DNA of 64,000 bases from Azolla caroliniana (lineage: Eukaryota > Plantae > Polypodiophyta). Below are positions 33,913 to 47,979 of this stretch, piece by piece. The first letter of the stretch is position 1; the number at the start of each line of letters is the position of its first letter. The notes beneath the pieces are model-generated. The model was given only the letters and a program-made list of their open reading frames with translations, was not told where the DNA came from and did no database searches. The stretch is taken from positions 7,564,001 to 7,628,000 of the forward strand of contig JBHGNT010000001.1 in the NCBI GenBank assembly GCA_043228905.1. The letters run 5' to 3'. Position numbers and translations under genes: made by a program.

Positions 33913-34908
33913 CAAGAATAGTTATGAATAAGGGAACCATAGGACTATCATTATCGGCCACACACTCCCATAACTTTATGGAGTGGTGGTTTGCATCTCT
34001 TTCGATTTCACTTGAGTTTCCATTGGCCTAGTTATGTATTGATAGACATTCGTATGTGTTTTTGGCATAGCTATAGCAGCCAATTTTTAATGCTAATTTT
34101 AATGGATTTAGAAGTAGGATAAGTGGGAAAACAATTTTTAGGATAAGGATTTTGGACACATGGCGATTTGGGAACCTAATGAGTTCAATTATATGAAGAG
34201 GTCTCACTACCCTTCAATGTGACAACACAAAGACACTAAAGATATTGTCATGGCAAGGCAAATGCCTTGTGTTTCAAATACATTGTTTGTCTAAAGGTGT
34301 AATGTGAAGGCTATATTTAGTGGTATATGTCCCTTCCTCTAGTTTGGAAAAGTATCCTTAATCCATTATTTTCGTTAATCTTTACATCAATTGCTTATTA
34401 TAACTTGGGGATCATAATATAGTTGGTGTTTATATTCTATCTCGTTAAAGGGAAAAAATCAATGCAAATAAGTGTTAAATAAAAGACGTGTAAGGGCATT
34501 TTATATCGAATGTGAATAAATTTCTGAGAATTTGAACACATTAAGCATTAGTTATTGCACCAGCGCATCGTGGACTTTGATCACATTGAATGTGGGATCC
34601 CCTCTCCCCCCCTTCCTTGCTTGTTCAACAAAGTTAATACCCTAAACATTGTTGAATCTAACAAATGTAGTTTTCATGCATCATCAGGTTCTCTCATTTT
34701 TTCATACTTATCAAGGTTTTCACAAAAGGAATTGAATTATTTCGCTCGAATGTCCTAATAGTACATACACCTTGTTGTCTTCTATAGGAAAGTTCCTTCT
34801 CTTGATATTGTCGTTTATTTCGTCTCTATCACAACTTGATTTGATAGGAATGCAATTATATTATGCTTGGCATTGATCATTCAAGTTCAACAACCAAGGT
34901 ATTGTCTT

Positions 34909-35197
34909 ATACAATAGGGTGGGCTTTTAAAGCCAAGAAAATGTCAACAATATAGTAAGTGCATTAAACTATAAGCAAAGAAGTACAATTTTTAGTTTTT
35001 TGTTGATTTGTTGATTATGTTCAAAGAGAATTGTAACAATACATACATAAAATACAATAGGGTGGGCTTTTAAAGCCAAGAAAATGTCAACAATATAGTA
35101 AGTGCATTAAACTATAAGCAAAGAAGTACAATTTTTAGTTTTTTGTTGATTTGTTGATTATGTTCAAAGAGAATTGTAACAATACATACATAAAATA
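34909..35197. repeat. Apparently perfect 143-bp tandem duplication
   Basis: 34909-35051 is repeated at 35052-35194. Confidence 0.92.
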
Positions 35198-35789
35198 TGT
35201 GACGAAGATTATAATGAAATACATGTTCTCGAAGGTCTTTCAAAGTGAAAACAAATCATATTCGGTGTGAAGGGGTTAAATGTAAGAATGTAATCTACTC
35301 ACAGCACAAAAGAATGGCATTTTGGCGCAATTATGTACTTCACGACAAATATTTTGGCTCTATGAAATGTATAAATAAAGAAGGGCATTATTTGTTTGCA
35401 AAAGCACAATGAATAGTTCAATGCCCTCCTACATCATATAAGCGGCTTTAGACATCTTAGGTTCGTCCCAATTATTGCTTGAAATTTAAATGATAGTAGT
35501 AAAGCTTCAACTCCTTACATTAAGTTTGGAGGTACAAATATAAGTATTGGTTTTGATTTTGTGCCCATTATAATGGTTTTAATTTGAGATCATGCACATG
35601 GTAGTAGTTTTCTCCTCCAAATAGATTTATAACCAATGACATTGATATTTTTATTTTTATTTTTATTTTTCCTCCATAAAAAAAAATCCTCCATTGATAT
35701 TAAAATTAAAGGAAACAATATACATATATTGTCTTGCATCTGTTCAAAACTAATACAACACCTCCTCAGCATATCCATAGTCTCTATAG

Positions 35790-37135
35790 CCTCTTTTGAG
35801 TGCATTCCATGTGATGATATTTGAAACCATAATTGTGGTAAATGTTTTCTGCACAGTTTCTACGTTTCAAGCATATCTCGAAGACCATTCAAAAAGACTT
35901 CTTGCTTGTCTTATGGCAGAGAGTTGTTAAGCTTCAATCATGCTTCTCAATAAGGGCACTTGTTTCTGTGACCTCCATGTTTTGCAAGGACATTTGAACA
36001 TGGAAGTTGTTCTTTTCTGTATATCTCCCATGTTGCCACATGCTTTCAACATACCAGAAAATGTCATCATATTAAACCCCTCCATTTGCAGATGCTCAAC
36101 AAAATTAAGAGTTTCTTCACAAAACCCAATTCCACATTACCTTGATATTGCATAAACTGAACATAATTCAATGATTCTTTATCTTGGCCGTTCTCTACAT
36201 ATCCTCTTGTGCTTTTGCAAGTAAGCAAAAAATATATGACAGTATCTGGGGCAATGCCATCATTTTGAATCTATTTAAAACGGTCCAACTTTGTGGCCTT
36301 GACCCTATTTAGCATACTCACCAATAAGTGTATTCCAAGAGACTATATCTCGAATAGGAAGCTCTTGAAGCACTTTCTGAGATTTTACAAACTCTCCACA
36401 TTTGACATACATATTCAATAAAGTATTTCCAAGCATAAAATCATTTTTTGGCAACCTTGACCTGAGAATCATATTATGCATTTGTTTACCCTTGTATAGA
36501 GCTCCTATGTTTCCACAAGCCTTTAAACCAATAAGTGGATTCCAAGAGACTATATCTCGAGCTCTTAAAGCACTTTTTGAGATTTACAAACTCTCCACAT
36601 TTGGCATACATATTCACTAAGGTATTTCCAAGCATAAAATCATTTTTCAGCAACCTTGAGTTGAGAATCATATTATGCATTTGTTTACCCTTGTATAGAG
36701 CTTCTATGTTTACACAAGCCTTCAAAATGCAAATGAATGAGATCACATCAGGAAAAAGACTCTTACTTGGCATACATTCAAAACACTTTAGTGCTTCAAG
36801 ATCTTGCCCTTGTTGGGTATGTCCTGAAATTAATGTAGACCACGAGACTACATCTTGGACAAGATGCCCTTTGAGCACTTTGTGAACCTTCCATTCTCCA
36901 ATTCCACAAGATGCATAGTCCAACCTCCAGAAAAAAGCCAGCAAAGGAGTTCGCAGAAAAAATCTCACATTTCACATACATATCCACAAGCACAGTGCCA
37001 AGCACAATATTCTTCTCTAACAAGTCCCTCCTTGTCTCAATCTCATCATGAATCTTGATGCCTTCAATTATTGCTCCAGTGTTGCCACATGCTTTCAGGA
37101 TGGAAATGAATGTTATTGCATTAGGAGAAATGACA
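35790..37135 (-). pseudogene. PLS-class PPR pseudogene with an internal ~200-bp duplication
   Basis: Fragments LEKNIVLGTVLVDMYVKC, QDVVSWSTLISGHTQQG, PDVISFICILKAC and LGNTLVNMYAKCG, with frameshifts. 36321-36523 is repeated at 36528-36723. Confidence 0.85.
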
Positions 37136-37615
37136 TTGACATTTTTTTGAATGACATTGCTGAAACAAAGCGTTGATTTTAACTATAAAGACTAAGCTAC
37201 AAACATAATCAATACTAAACAAGTACCCTAATTGACTAGCTCTTATTCCAATCATATTCTAAATTGACTAAACGGGCAATATGGTTTGTGTTAGAAAGCA
37301 TATGGACATCCAAGGAGTTAGTTTTCTAGCATCAACATAGAATTGATATTGAGTTTAACATATCAACAACCATCATGTAGCAATAGTATGTTCAATTTGG
37401 TATACTAAAAGTTACACTTCACATTGACAAATAATTGGAAGACAATCTTGAGCACTTTTTTATTATTGAGGAGCACTTGAAGTATGATTCGAATGAGCCT
37501 AAAATATTCCTGATTGTGCTAGCATTTGGTTGTGTTTGTCCCATGATGTATGATTATCTAACAAAAAGAAGCCATTCTTTAGAAATGACCAAATTTCCCT
37601 TATATGGATTGCAAG

Positions 37616-37876
37616 TTTTTGTTTTTAGAAAGCATATCCTTCCATTAGTTTTAAAAAGTATATCAGCCACAAAATACAAAATGATGGAAAGGAAGTGATT
37701 ATTTTTCCCCAACCTGTCTTGCGTAAGACAATGGCTACTAGCTAACCATGAATCCTTCGTTTGATAAACTTGATTGAGCACTTCCTCAATAGTTGAAGCA
37801 TGCCATGAATTTGCATATGCTCAAAGCAAATCAATCTTCCTCATCATGTTCATATTCAACATATCTAGCTACCACC
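37616..37876 (-). pseudogene. Short PPR fragment joined to the retroposon-like tail
   Basis: Minus strand reads ARYVEYEHDEE then (frameshift) CFEHMQIHGML, followed by the tail shared with 17646-17816. Confidence 0.55.
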
Positions 37877-38859
37877 TTTGGGTCATCTAATCCTTGACAA
37901 ACTGTACGTGCATCCAATATACCACCACATTTACAATGACCAAGCATCCTCTATTTTCAATATTCAACGTAAAACTCAAGCAAAGAATTATGGTATAGAG
38001 GTAATTATGGATTGCAAGTTTTAAATACCCACAACAGAGGAATTCTTCACCATCACATGGGAATTGTCTACTAGGCACAAAGGAATGTCCCTAGCTTGCT
38101 AGTTGTGCAAATGTCCTATATATGATGAGTCACATTTTCAAAAGAAAAGAGGATCACTTTCAAGGTTTCTAAACACCCATTTTGATATTCTTGTTCCAGT
38201 TGAGAACTAATAAGTGTCCATGTCAATATCAAGTCACTCTTAAGTGTTACTGTGAATTCATTATGTGACTGAATCCTCTCATAGACTTTTGCTAGTGAAT
38301 TAGAATAACACAATTCTTCATAGACATGCTAGTCTTTACAAGAAAAATGCAAGTGAAATTAAGTATAGAGATTGACATACCACAAGAATGTTTCTATAAC
38401 TCCATTGACTTGATCTTCACAATGTTTATAACTTGAGAACATTTTGCATGGTAATTCTAAAACCTATCTAGGTTAATATTTATGCTTTGTTCTACAAATC
38501 AAGCTTGCATGATAGGGAATGACATCTAGTATTATATTCTATATTGTCACATTCAAAGTTTTTGTATGATATTATCACAACAATATTTCATCATTGTGAA
38601 TACAAATAGATGTGTTATAATGTGCTTACAAGGAAGAGGTTTTATGGTTACCCACCAATGAGGTTGGGTCAAGGGTGCCTTATAGTATCCAAAAACATGA
38701 AACTACCTAAAATAGTGATACTCTTCAGGTAGTTACATGAAAAATGTCACGAATGCCGATTGAGATTCCTGTTGACAGTATTCCTTCACACCTTGGCTTC
38801 ACAAGCAACTTTGTGCTAACATACCATATGCGAAAGATTGCTAATAGGAAATTTTGTGT

Positions 38860-39255
38860 TTTCTATCTTTCTTTCTTTTTAAAAAAAAAAACTACTTCCA
38901 TTAGTTAAGCAATGTACAAAGGATAATTTACAACTCATATCTTACACGACATCTTGCATGTCAAAGGAAAACAATGTGTAGATGAAACACCAAAAAAAAA
39001 AACTCCAAAGCATCACATCATTCGATGTGTATAGCATTACTCGGACGCATATTCTCCACGTGAGCCTCATACAAAATAGAATTCAGCATAGATGTCTTCC
39101 ATTCACTCCTCATGGCAGCACCCATCTACATGTTTGGTACACTTGGAGGGAACAGCCACCGTGGTGGTTGATAATTCCACTTCACTTTACCATCTATTAT
39201 CTTTTTATACATCATCCATGTTTTAAGCAAGAGATGCTTGTTTTAGTTACTTCAT
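38860..39255 (-). mobile_element. LINE 3' end fragment
   Basis: Minus strand encodes VKWNYQPPRWLFP (LINE ORF2 C-terminus-like), then a 3' UTR ending ACTAATGGAAG plus a T/A-rich tail like the other LINE ends in the window. Confidence 0.6.
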
Positions 39256-42200
39256 AGTTTCTTAATGTACATTATTTTTCCCAAATATTTAATCTCTTTC
39301 TACTATGCTTCTACTATGTATTTGGAACTCAAACATGATATGCATTCTTTCTATTGAAAACATCATGGACCAAATTTCTCTTATTCCATAACGAATGCGA
39401 AAAACTTCATAGGATCATTATCATTTCACATTTTATTACCCTACACGACATGCATAGTACAACGTTGTGAGAGCGATATGTACAAATAATTTTATGGACA
39501 TTAGGAGTACCAAGAGGCAAAGAGAAAAAAATACCTTACCGAAATCAAAACAAAAATTGCTAATCGTATACATTGTAGTCATATGTACTACTTGGAAGCA
39601 TTTATTCTTCCATAACTACTCATCCATCTATAAATTTGCCTTAAAAACATTGTATAGATAAACATGCCATTGAATATCTCAAAGATAGATAGGTTCAATA
39701 TTGTCTTAAAGGCAAAATATGGCCAAATAGATCAATATTCTTGAAGAGAAGAAGTATATCAACGTCTCTAAAGAGGCCAAATTGATCAATGAGGCCAAAA
39801 GATAAGACATCTTGTGGAGTTGTCGTAATGTCGGTGTGTGCAAAAGTGAATAATTTCTTAAGCATGACCGAATTACAATTACTCCACTCCCAAAGTACTT
39901 GTTTAATAGTGAGAGAGACGTTCGTACAATCGAGAGAGAGGGGTCCACTCCACAATGTGAACTCAACCTTTAAATGGCTCTTTAAGGGAGGAGATAGAAA
40001 TATAGAACGATGGAGGAAGGTGGGGGGGGGGGGGCAAGAAGTTGCAAGTTGGCCATTTTACTTATTATTAGGAGTAAATGTACACAAAAAAGAATATGAG
40101 TGCAAGCTTCTTTTTGGTAATTTATGTTGTGAATCAAGTGGATGTTTATGTAATGTGAAATTAATTATATTGGAGACTAATAATAAGAAATGAAGAAGTG
40201 CATGCTTATTTGACCATGTAAGCTCACCATCATATCTCTTCAAACGTTCTACTTATAAAAGCTTCCAAGTTGTTTCCATTATTTTACAAACGAATGACAA
40301 TCGAAAAACATCTTCAATACATGGGGCAATTCACTAGGTTTGAGATTTCAAAACCATGCCCCTACTACTTTTGCTTCATGCACTAAACATGTATGACAAA
40401 CATACAGCTAATTGAAAAACCATTGAAGAATGATCCAACTAATACACGAGCTATGAAGAAAATCCATATCGAGCATTATGCTCCACTTGTATATACTAAA
40501 TGTATCCTAGGCATACCTACATATTCCCACACATATAGTGAAACGCGGTCAATGCCACCTTGAGGTCATCTCTAACAACATTGGGACCAACTTACAAGTC
40601 AATCATGTCACATGAACTTCTTTGTATCATGATGAATAGCAGACTCTTGTGGTCCATCTCGAGCAACCAAGATGATCCCATCTTCTTCCCTAACTTCCTT
40701 TGAACTCAATGCAATGTTGAGGAATTTGGAAAGTCCCTTTGACATACGTATCTTCGTAGAGAAGGCTCAAAGCTCATTGGCTAAAAATAGTGGCACTTTG
40801 CTTTGACCATACGACGATGTGATCAACACTATATAACCTCAAGTACAACTTTATAGGTAGGCTTATTGTTTGTTACACAAGTTCACAGTTAGTATGCATT
40901 ACATTAAAATTATAAAGTGTGTAATACAAGAGGATGACTCTCCATTATTCTATATGGCCTTCACAATCTACCTCCAATGACTTTCTTCAAAGTGATTTGG
41001 GTGTGGTAAAACCTATGGTATTTAGAAAGCCTCTTTGGATGAACTTGCATTAGCAAACTCATTGTGTCAGATTTGATATGTAACACCTGTAAAGATATTT
41101 CCTCATTTGTTCTTGGTTATACCCACCCATGATTATTTTAGAATATAAATTAAATTCTCCATAAAGCTATAGGCGAAGGTCATTTTCCATGCTAGTACCA
41201 AAAAGTAACATTAATTAATTAGGTGCCACATAATGTGATAATATGAAAGGGAGGGCCTAAATAAAATCGGTTGATATTGAATATTAACCATGAATAACAA
41301 CTATAAAAAGGGATATGCAACTCCCATGTAACATGAAAAATGTCTCGTCAATGAACTTGTTCCAATAGGATTTCTCATTCTCGTGAAAGTGTTCACCAAT
41401 GCTTATGCACTTCACGGTCCATTAAAAGAATACAATCAATGAACATTTATTGTAAATCTACCTCCTCCTTATGAAAAAATATTGCATTGACTTTCTAGTT
41501 CATGTCGAGGAGGCAATTTCAAGGCATTTACCATTGATCATCACCTGCTTAGATTTTGAGGATCAATTCAAAGTTAAGAGTTAATTGTGCTACAAAAGAA
41601 CACCATTCCAAAAAGTATTTGTGCTATTACCTTAATTTACCAAACATACTCAAGTTTGTATAATTGAGTTCGGGTCAATATGTCGTTAAAAAGGGGGTGG
41701 TAAACATAGTCAAACGAAACCACAATTGTACACTTTAAAGTTGAAGTTGATATTCTCTTAATCAAGGCGTAACGATGACACATAAAATTTGAAGTGTGCC
41801 ATATTTCGCTGCATTCCACAATAAACTAAAGAGTTAGAAAGGGAATATGTATTGTCAAAAGTATTATGATTAACTTGTGTGTTGCAATTGGATTGATAAG
41901 ATGGGGTAAAGAGATGTACATATTCGATTAAAGTCTTATGAATGTTTTAATCTCTGTGTCAAATAAACATTGTATCTATCCCAAACTTCTATGGAGGTTA
42001 TAATGAGTTTTTCCAATATTCAGCTGAGAAATATAGAAAGCGATTTTGAGCTTAAAGTGGGATTCATGCTTTGTTTGACAAACTACGTACCTTTCCCAAA
42101 TTGCGACCAGATGTGCTTGGAGAGTGAAGTCTTGGTCTATGCATATTGAAAATAATTAAAACCTACTAGAAATCTCAAATCGAAATTTAAAAACATTGCA

Positions 42201-45200
42201 AAAAATAAAATTCTTCGAAAACTTGGGTGTGCAAAATAATCCTATGGTTCTTAGGTCTAGATGACGATATTTTGAGAAGACTTACTTTTCCATTTGTTTG
42301 GGCATCTAAGAAAGCAACAAGTTTTCTTTTAAAAGAACTGATATTAACCTCCAAACTCTTTTTCACTTTGACTCTCTTCACAAACGAGAGGCATGAACGT
42401 AAGTGGTGAAGCACATGTAGAGATTGGATCATTACTATAAAAAGGAAAGGGAGAATTATGAAAAGAGGAAGGAAGGTCACATCCCTTTAATTCATACCGT
42501 AAGGGATTCCAAGAACTTATGATAGTTACTCATCTTTAATACCGATTTTGTTTCCTTGCGAAACATTTACATGTCATACAACACGTGATGAATGAATGAA
42601 GAGTGCTCACTTGGATATAACTTCTTCCATTTTTAAGATTGATTCAATGTCTTTACCAGAGTAAATAAAGGGAACTACATGTTATCATAAAAGATGTAAA
42701 TGAACTCAAGAGTCATGTAGCCAACAAACGTATTCTAGAGAGGGACTAAATTGTTTTTCTACTGCTTGATGTCACTTCTTTAAATTTAGAGGGACTAAAT
42801 TGAGAGAGAGGAAAATGTCAAAACATACTTCTTTAAACCAATTTCTGGACAAGGAGCTAACCATTATTAAAGGATATCACTTTGAATTGAGGAAAGGGAT
42901 GAGTAATTGCATAAATTCCAATCTTGATAATGTCAACACATCGTGGTTGTGTAGTGTAATCAACTTCAGACAACTACCATTAAGAGACGCAACAACTTTG
43001 ACTCAAATCTATGCCATAATTCACTTAACCACATTTCATTTTTCGATGGAACGTTTTTTTTTGTATTGGATGAAATAACAAGAAAACACGTTTTTCGTTT
43101 TTGTATTTGATGAAAGATACTTCTTTGCATTTTTGTAACAAGGAAGGTTTCACCAAGTGTTCCGACTTAGAATCAATAAGACAACCTCCATGTCATCTTC
43201 AAAGACGACTGAAATGTGTGGAGTCATAAGGAAGGATTCGTGAACACCCTATGGCGGTGGTGGGGCCGATTGTTTTTATTTTTCCTCCTTTGAATGTGTT
43301 AACAATACAATTAAATTTGTTCATGTATTCATCGTGTAGGCTTGTAAGCGAAAACACTTTTTGGCCATTAAAAATCACATAAAAAATAACGTCATGTCTT
43401 CTTGTTGCAAAAGCAAGCTCATGTGTGTAAAAATCATGGAAAGTAAAAGATTCACATTTTCTTTGCCAAAAATATAGGACTCTTTTAGCCAATGATATGC
43501 CATCATACATGCTCCAACTATATGCACACTATATAAAAGGTCACCATGCTCGATATTTAAGAGAGGCAATCCAATGACAATCAAGGAGCGATTACCTGTA
43601 GCCAATCAAAATCCACTAAACAAGTTATTGATAAATGATGAAAACATGCAACATATCATAATATATGCCTTGCCCTACATTTTTTTAAAGGATACCCGAG
43701 TACAAAGCATGAAGGAAAAGAAAATGTATAGTTTTTAAGCAAAAGATGCAATAATGGAGGTGCGCAAAAGGGCAAGTTGATACTCTAGATATATACATAT
43801 CTAACTACCAAGTACTTTAGGGTCATAGGCATGAAGAGAACATGGAACTATTAAATAACACTTGAAATATAATGATTTAGTATTTATAAGATAGATCCAC
43901 CTTTTTGCATGGTATAGAATCTAGATTATAATATGTGGTTTCCTTAGTATATTTGGAATGCCCCAATTGCAATATGTGATAATGTACACTTTGATGTTTT
44001 AAAGCAACGATACTAAGAGGCGAGTCAGATGTGTGTTAAATTTCGAAATTTTTTCAAATAATGTAGATAAGAACAAAAGTTTTGCGAAGTTTTTTGTCCT
44101 TAAACGATCTCTGCGTCATTGGAAAATGAGAGCACCAAGTTGCAAAGCACGAGGCCATAATGTCAACAAGCATATGAGACCTCCTTTGCAACAAATAAAC
44201 TGGAGTGTAGTTGTATAATGTTATGTCGACCATCAGAAGAGACTTTTGAATGGGTCCAAACCACTGCATATTACTTACTGCACTTGTGACCCTCCGAAAG
44301 TCATGGTAGAATTTTAGCATTAATTATATTTATGGGCAGATGTACACACTAGGTCATTATAAGTACACGATTTGTTGGTCCCATCACTATTTCTAGATTT
44401 TACAAACGATCGATGCAATCACAACAAATTAATTCATACACAAGTTGCGATTGTCATCTTATTAGTTATTGTAAAAGGTGAAGGGGAAAGAAATAGATAA
44501 CAAGGAGAAGGAAGGAAGGCATGTGGAAATTTCCAAACGATTGCTTTCTATCAGGGGCATTCAATTGGGAGCATGTACCATGTTACCAAAGGCACTTACT
44601 CGATCAAGCGCCTCGCGCTTCGAGTCCATGCATTGATAGGGAATGATAAATAAATGCGAGGAATTCGAGGTACCGGAAATCAAGGGAACAACATGTTCTA
44701 TTGGGGGGGGGGATGGGGGAGAGAATTTTTGTGATGAGATTATACAACGTGTGTGTGTGTTTCGCTGACAAGCGCCGGATAAATGTAGGGAGTTGGCATC
44801 CTAGTGTGCAAAAGAGGAAAGGGTAAATAGAGAGAGTCCGGATGGATGTAGTTCTATTGGTAAGGCTGCCCAATGGAGGCACGAGGGTTATGGGTTCAAC
44901 AACCCTTACAATCTAGGAGTGACATCTAGTAAATTAAGAGATAGATATCTATGGCGTAACAGAGAGGTGATCGAATAATCGGGGTAACATAGTACACACT
45001 AATACTCTGCTTGCTTGCAGAGCAACAAAAAAAAACAATCAAGAGGAGGAAGTAATGTGTGTTTGCCATTTGGATTGGTTTGAGGAGGAAGCAATTGTAT
45101 TTATTTTTGGTTTTGTTTTGGGGGGGGGGGGGTTTGCCATGAGTCTTGATTTGCTTTGCTTTGCTTGGAATTTGGAAAGACGTCAAAGATCTAAAAAACA

Positions 45201-45219
45201 AAGAAAAATACCCAAAAAG

Positions 45220-46091
45220 TGAAGAGAGAGAGAGAGAGAGAGAGAGAGAAACGTGTTCCAAAGATCGTACAGATTGGGCTGTATGTATGTATGTATGTGT
45301 GTTTGTCTTTATCTCTCTAGAAATCACGAGGTTCCCAAAACTCCTGCTTTCTATATATATACACACACACCTACACCTACACACACACATACACACCACA
45401 CGAAGAGAGAGAGAAGCAAAGTGCAACCAAACAAAGGAAGCGCACAAATACATATCTAAAATATATCAATTTCCACAAAAAATAAAGAAATAAAGAATGC
45501 GTGTGTAAAATTTACATACATACATAATATGTTATGTATACATACTTGATTTGGGATGCGATATGTTGGTTGGTTGGTGCTTGCTTGCTTGCTTGCTTTG
45601 CGCTCATTTCTTTCTTCTTCTTCTTCTTAAAACAAAAGTTCCATAGATGATAGATAGTACGTAAAATTCGTGTTCGTCTAGGAAAACGAATGACGAATGA
45701 CGAATGTTATTTTAAACATTCTTGTGTTTTTTTTTATTTTTTCCCTTTTTTAAAATTTTTATTTAAGTTTTTATTTACCTCAAAATAAATAGTTAGAATC
45801 CAAAAGTATATGTGGTATTGATCATTCTTCGAGGGTGTTTACCATATTCGCATTCGCGAATGCAAAAATGCACGTATGGTTTCATACTATGAATGTTACA
45901 AAACAATAAAGACAAAAAACAAAATGAAAAAGAAGAAGAAGAAGAAAGAAGAAGAAGAAGAAGAGCAAGGATGTCAGGCTCTCTCCCTGTGTGTGTGTGT
46001 GTGTGTGGAGCAGGGGGTGTCTTAAGTCACCTTCTCTCTCTCTCTCTCTCTCTGCTGCCTGCCTGCCTGCCTGTGTGTGTGTGTGTGGGGT

Positions 46092-46149
<58 letters not shown>

Positions 46150-46739
46150 TTCCCTTCCCCCCCCCCACCTGCTGTCTCTCTCATATTCTCTTGTCTGTCT
46201 GTGTCTGTGGTGGCGGTATTGAGTGAACATGTTTCAAAAATGCCTCTTTTTTGAGCTAGGGGTGGGAAATTACGAGAGAGAGAGAGAGGGGGGGGGGTCG
46301 TGTCTGTCCATCCATCTCATACATCTCTCTCTCTCTCTAACACACACACACACACACACACGCTCATAAGCAGCCTCTCCTGTTGGACCCCCCAATTATA
46401 GTTATATTTCACCCATATATTATTATTCATGCAAACACAAACACAAACACAAACACAGCCCCCTCCCTCCCTCCCTCCTCCAAACAGGAAGGAAGGAGGA
46501 CCTCTAATTTCTCTCTGTTTTTCTTTTTCCCTGCCTCTTTTAATTCCTTCTTCTTTACTTATAAGTTATAACCCCCCTCACACACACACACACACACTCA
46601 CTCTCTCTCTCTCTCTCTCTCTCTCTTTATCCTGGCTTTTCTCTCTTTCATAATATATATATACATATATATAATATTTATCTAATCTAATCTATCTATC
46701 TATCAATCCATCCATCTATTTATCATCTCCACAACCCTC

Positions 46740-46774
<35 letters not shown>

Positions 46775-47060
46775 ATTCTTTCTTAGCTTGCTCTGTTCTA
46801 CTCCGCCCACCTAATTACATATCTCTACCACCACACACTCTACACACTCTCTACTCCTGCTCCTTTCATCAACGAACTGCTTTCTTTCTTTTGGCAGAAG
46901 GCAAAAAACCAAAGCAAAGAAGGATCAAAGCCAAGCCCAAACCAAGGAACAAAAACACACCCAATCCAATCCAATCCAATCCAATGGTTAGGCTGCATGC
47001 ATGCATCCATCCATCCATCCATCCATCCATCCTTACTACTACTACTACTCTTTCTCCTCT
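45220..47060. repeat. Microsatellite-dense promoter/5' leader region of the RAV-like gene
   Basis: Many (GA)n, (CT)n, (CA)n, (GAA)n, (CCAT)n, (CTA)n and (GCTT)n tracts. Confidence 0.8.
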
Positions 47061-47304
47061 CCTTTCTTTTATTCCTTTTGATCGGAGCTTCAATGGCCCT
47101 TTCTTTCCCTCCCTCCCCCCCCCAAAAAAAATAAAATAAATAAATCCATGCAATAATCTCTCTCCCTTCCCTTTTCTTTCGCTTTTGTATTTAACTCTAA
47201 TCCATTACATTGGCTTTTTTTTTTGTAAGATCACTGTTTTTTTGTTTTGTTTTGTTTTTGTTTCTGATGATGCTGTCTTGTTTCATGAAACCCTGCAGGT
47301 GGAT

Positions 47305-47764
47305 ATGGCACATGACACGATGATGATGATGATGATGATTCCTTCCTCCAGATCTCCACCTCCTCCCCCGCCTCCTCCTCCTAACATCACTACCTCCTCC
47401 ACTTGGAGCTTCACTCTGTTAACCGCCCCTCCTTCCTCTTCTTCTTCTTCTTCTTCTTCTTCATCCACACCATCGCTACTGGGCCAAGCTCTGCACAAGA
47501 ATGGCCAGTCGCAAGAAGTAAAGAAGCTCCTCCCCATGATCTCTCCTGCGAATAATGCAGCAGCAGCAGCAGCAGCAGCAGTATGCTCTGTCTATTCTTG
47601 CGAGGAGAATGAGGATGAGGATGAGGATGCCACTGCAACCGTCGATGATGCCCTCACCACCGCCCCTACAGCTGCTTTCGCCATCGCCACCGCCACCGCC
47701 ACCGCCACTGCTACTGCTGCTGCTGTCATGGCCGCCTCCTCTGACTGTGAAACCTTCTCTTCCA
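47305..47764 (+). CDS. AP2/B3 RAV-family transcription factor, predicted coding exon 1 (low-complexity poly-M/P/S/A N-terminus)
   Basis: ATG at 47305 in the open frame of ORF 47185..47802. The donor A|GTGAGT at 47765 is phase-1 compatible with the acceptor TGCAG|G at 47979. A possible 5' UTR intron ends CTGCAG at 47298. Confidence 0.65.
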
Positions 47765-47979
47765 GTGAGTGCTTTCGATCTTCAGGATCTCTTGCTCTTT
47801 GATCTTGTTCCTTTCTTTTTCTTTTTTTTTCTTTTTTTTTTTTGTTCTATTCTCTGGCCTCATTGATCTTCATGAATTTGCTCTTTTGTCTTCGTTCGCT
47901 CCTTCCCATCTCCTTTTTTCGATCACGTCTGAACGGATCGGGTCGGGTCTGTTTTTTTTGTGTGTGTGTGTGTGTGCAG

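Noticed and set aside
45655-45880. MITE bounded by CGAAT/ATTCG-rich inverted motifs
   Set aside because: Could not define matching TIRs or a TSD.
44926-47153. Numerous short ORFs with SLSLSL, ERERER or CVCVCV runs
   Set aside because: Translations of dinucleotide microsatellites.
47769-47979. N-terminal 70 aa of the 968-aa ORF as real protein
   Set aside because: T-rich/(TG)n sequence bounded by GTGAGT and TGCAG. It is best explained as an intron that happens to be open.
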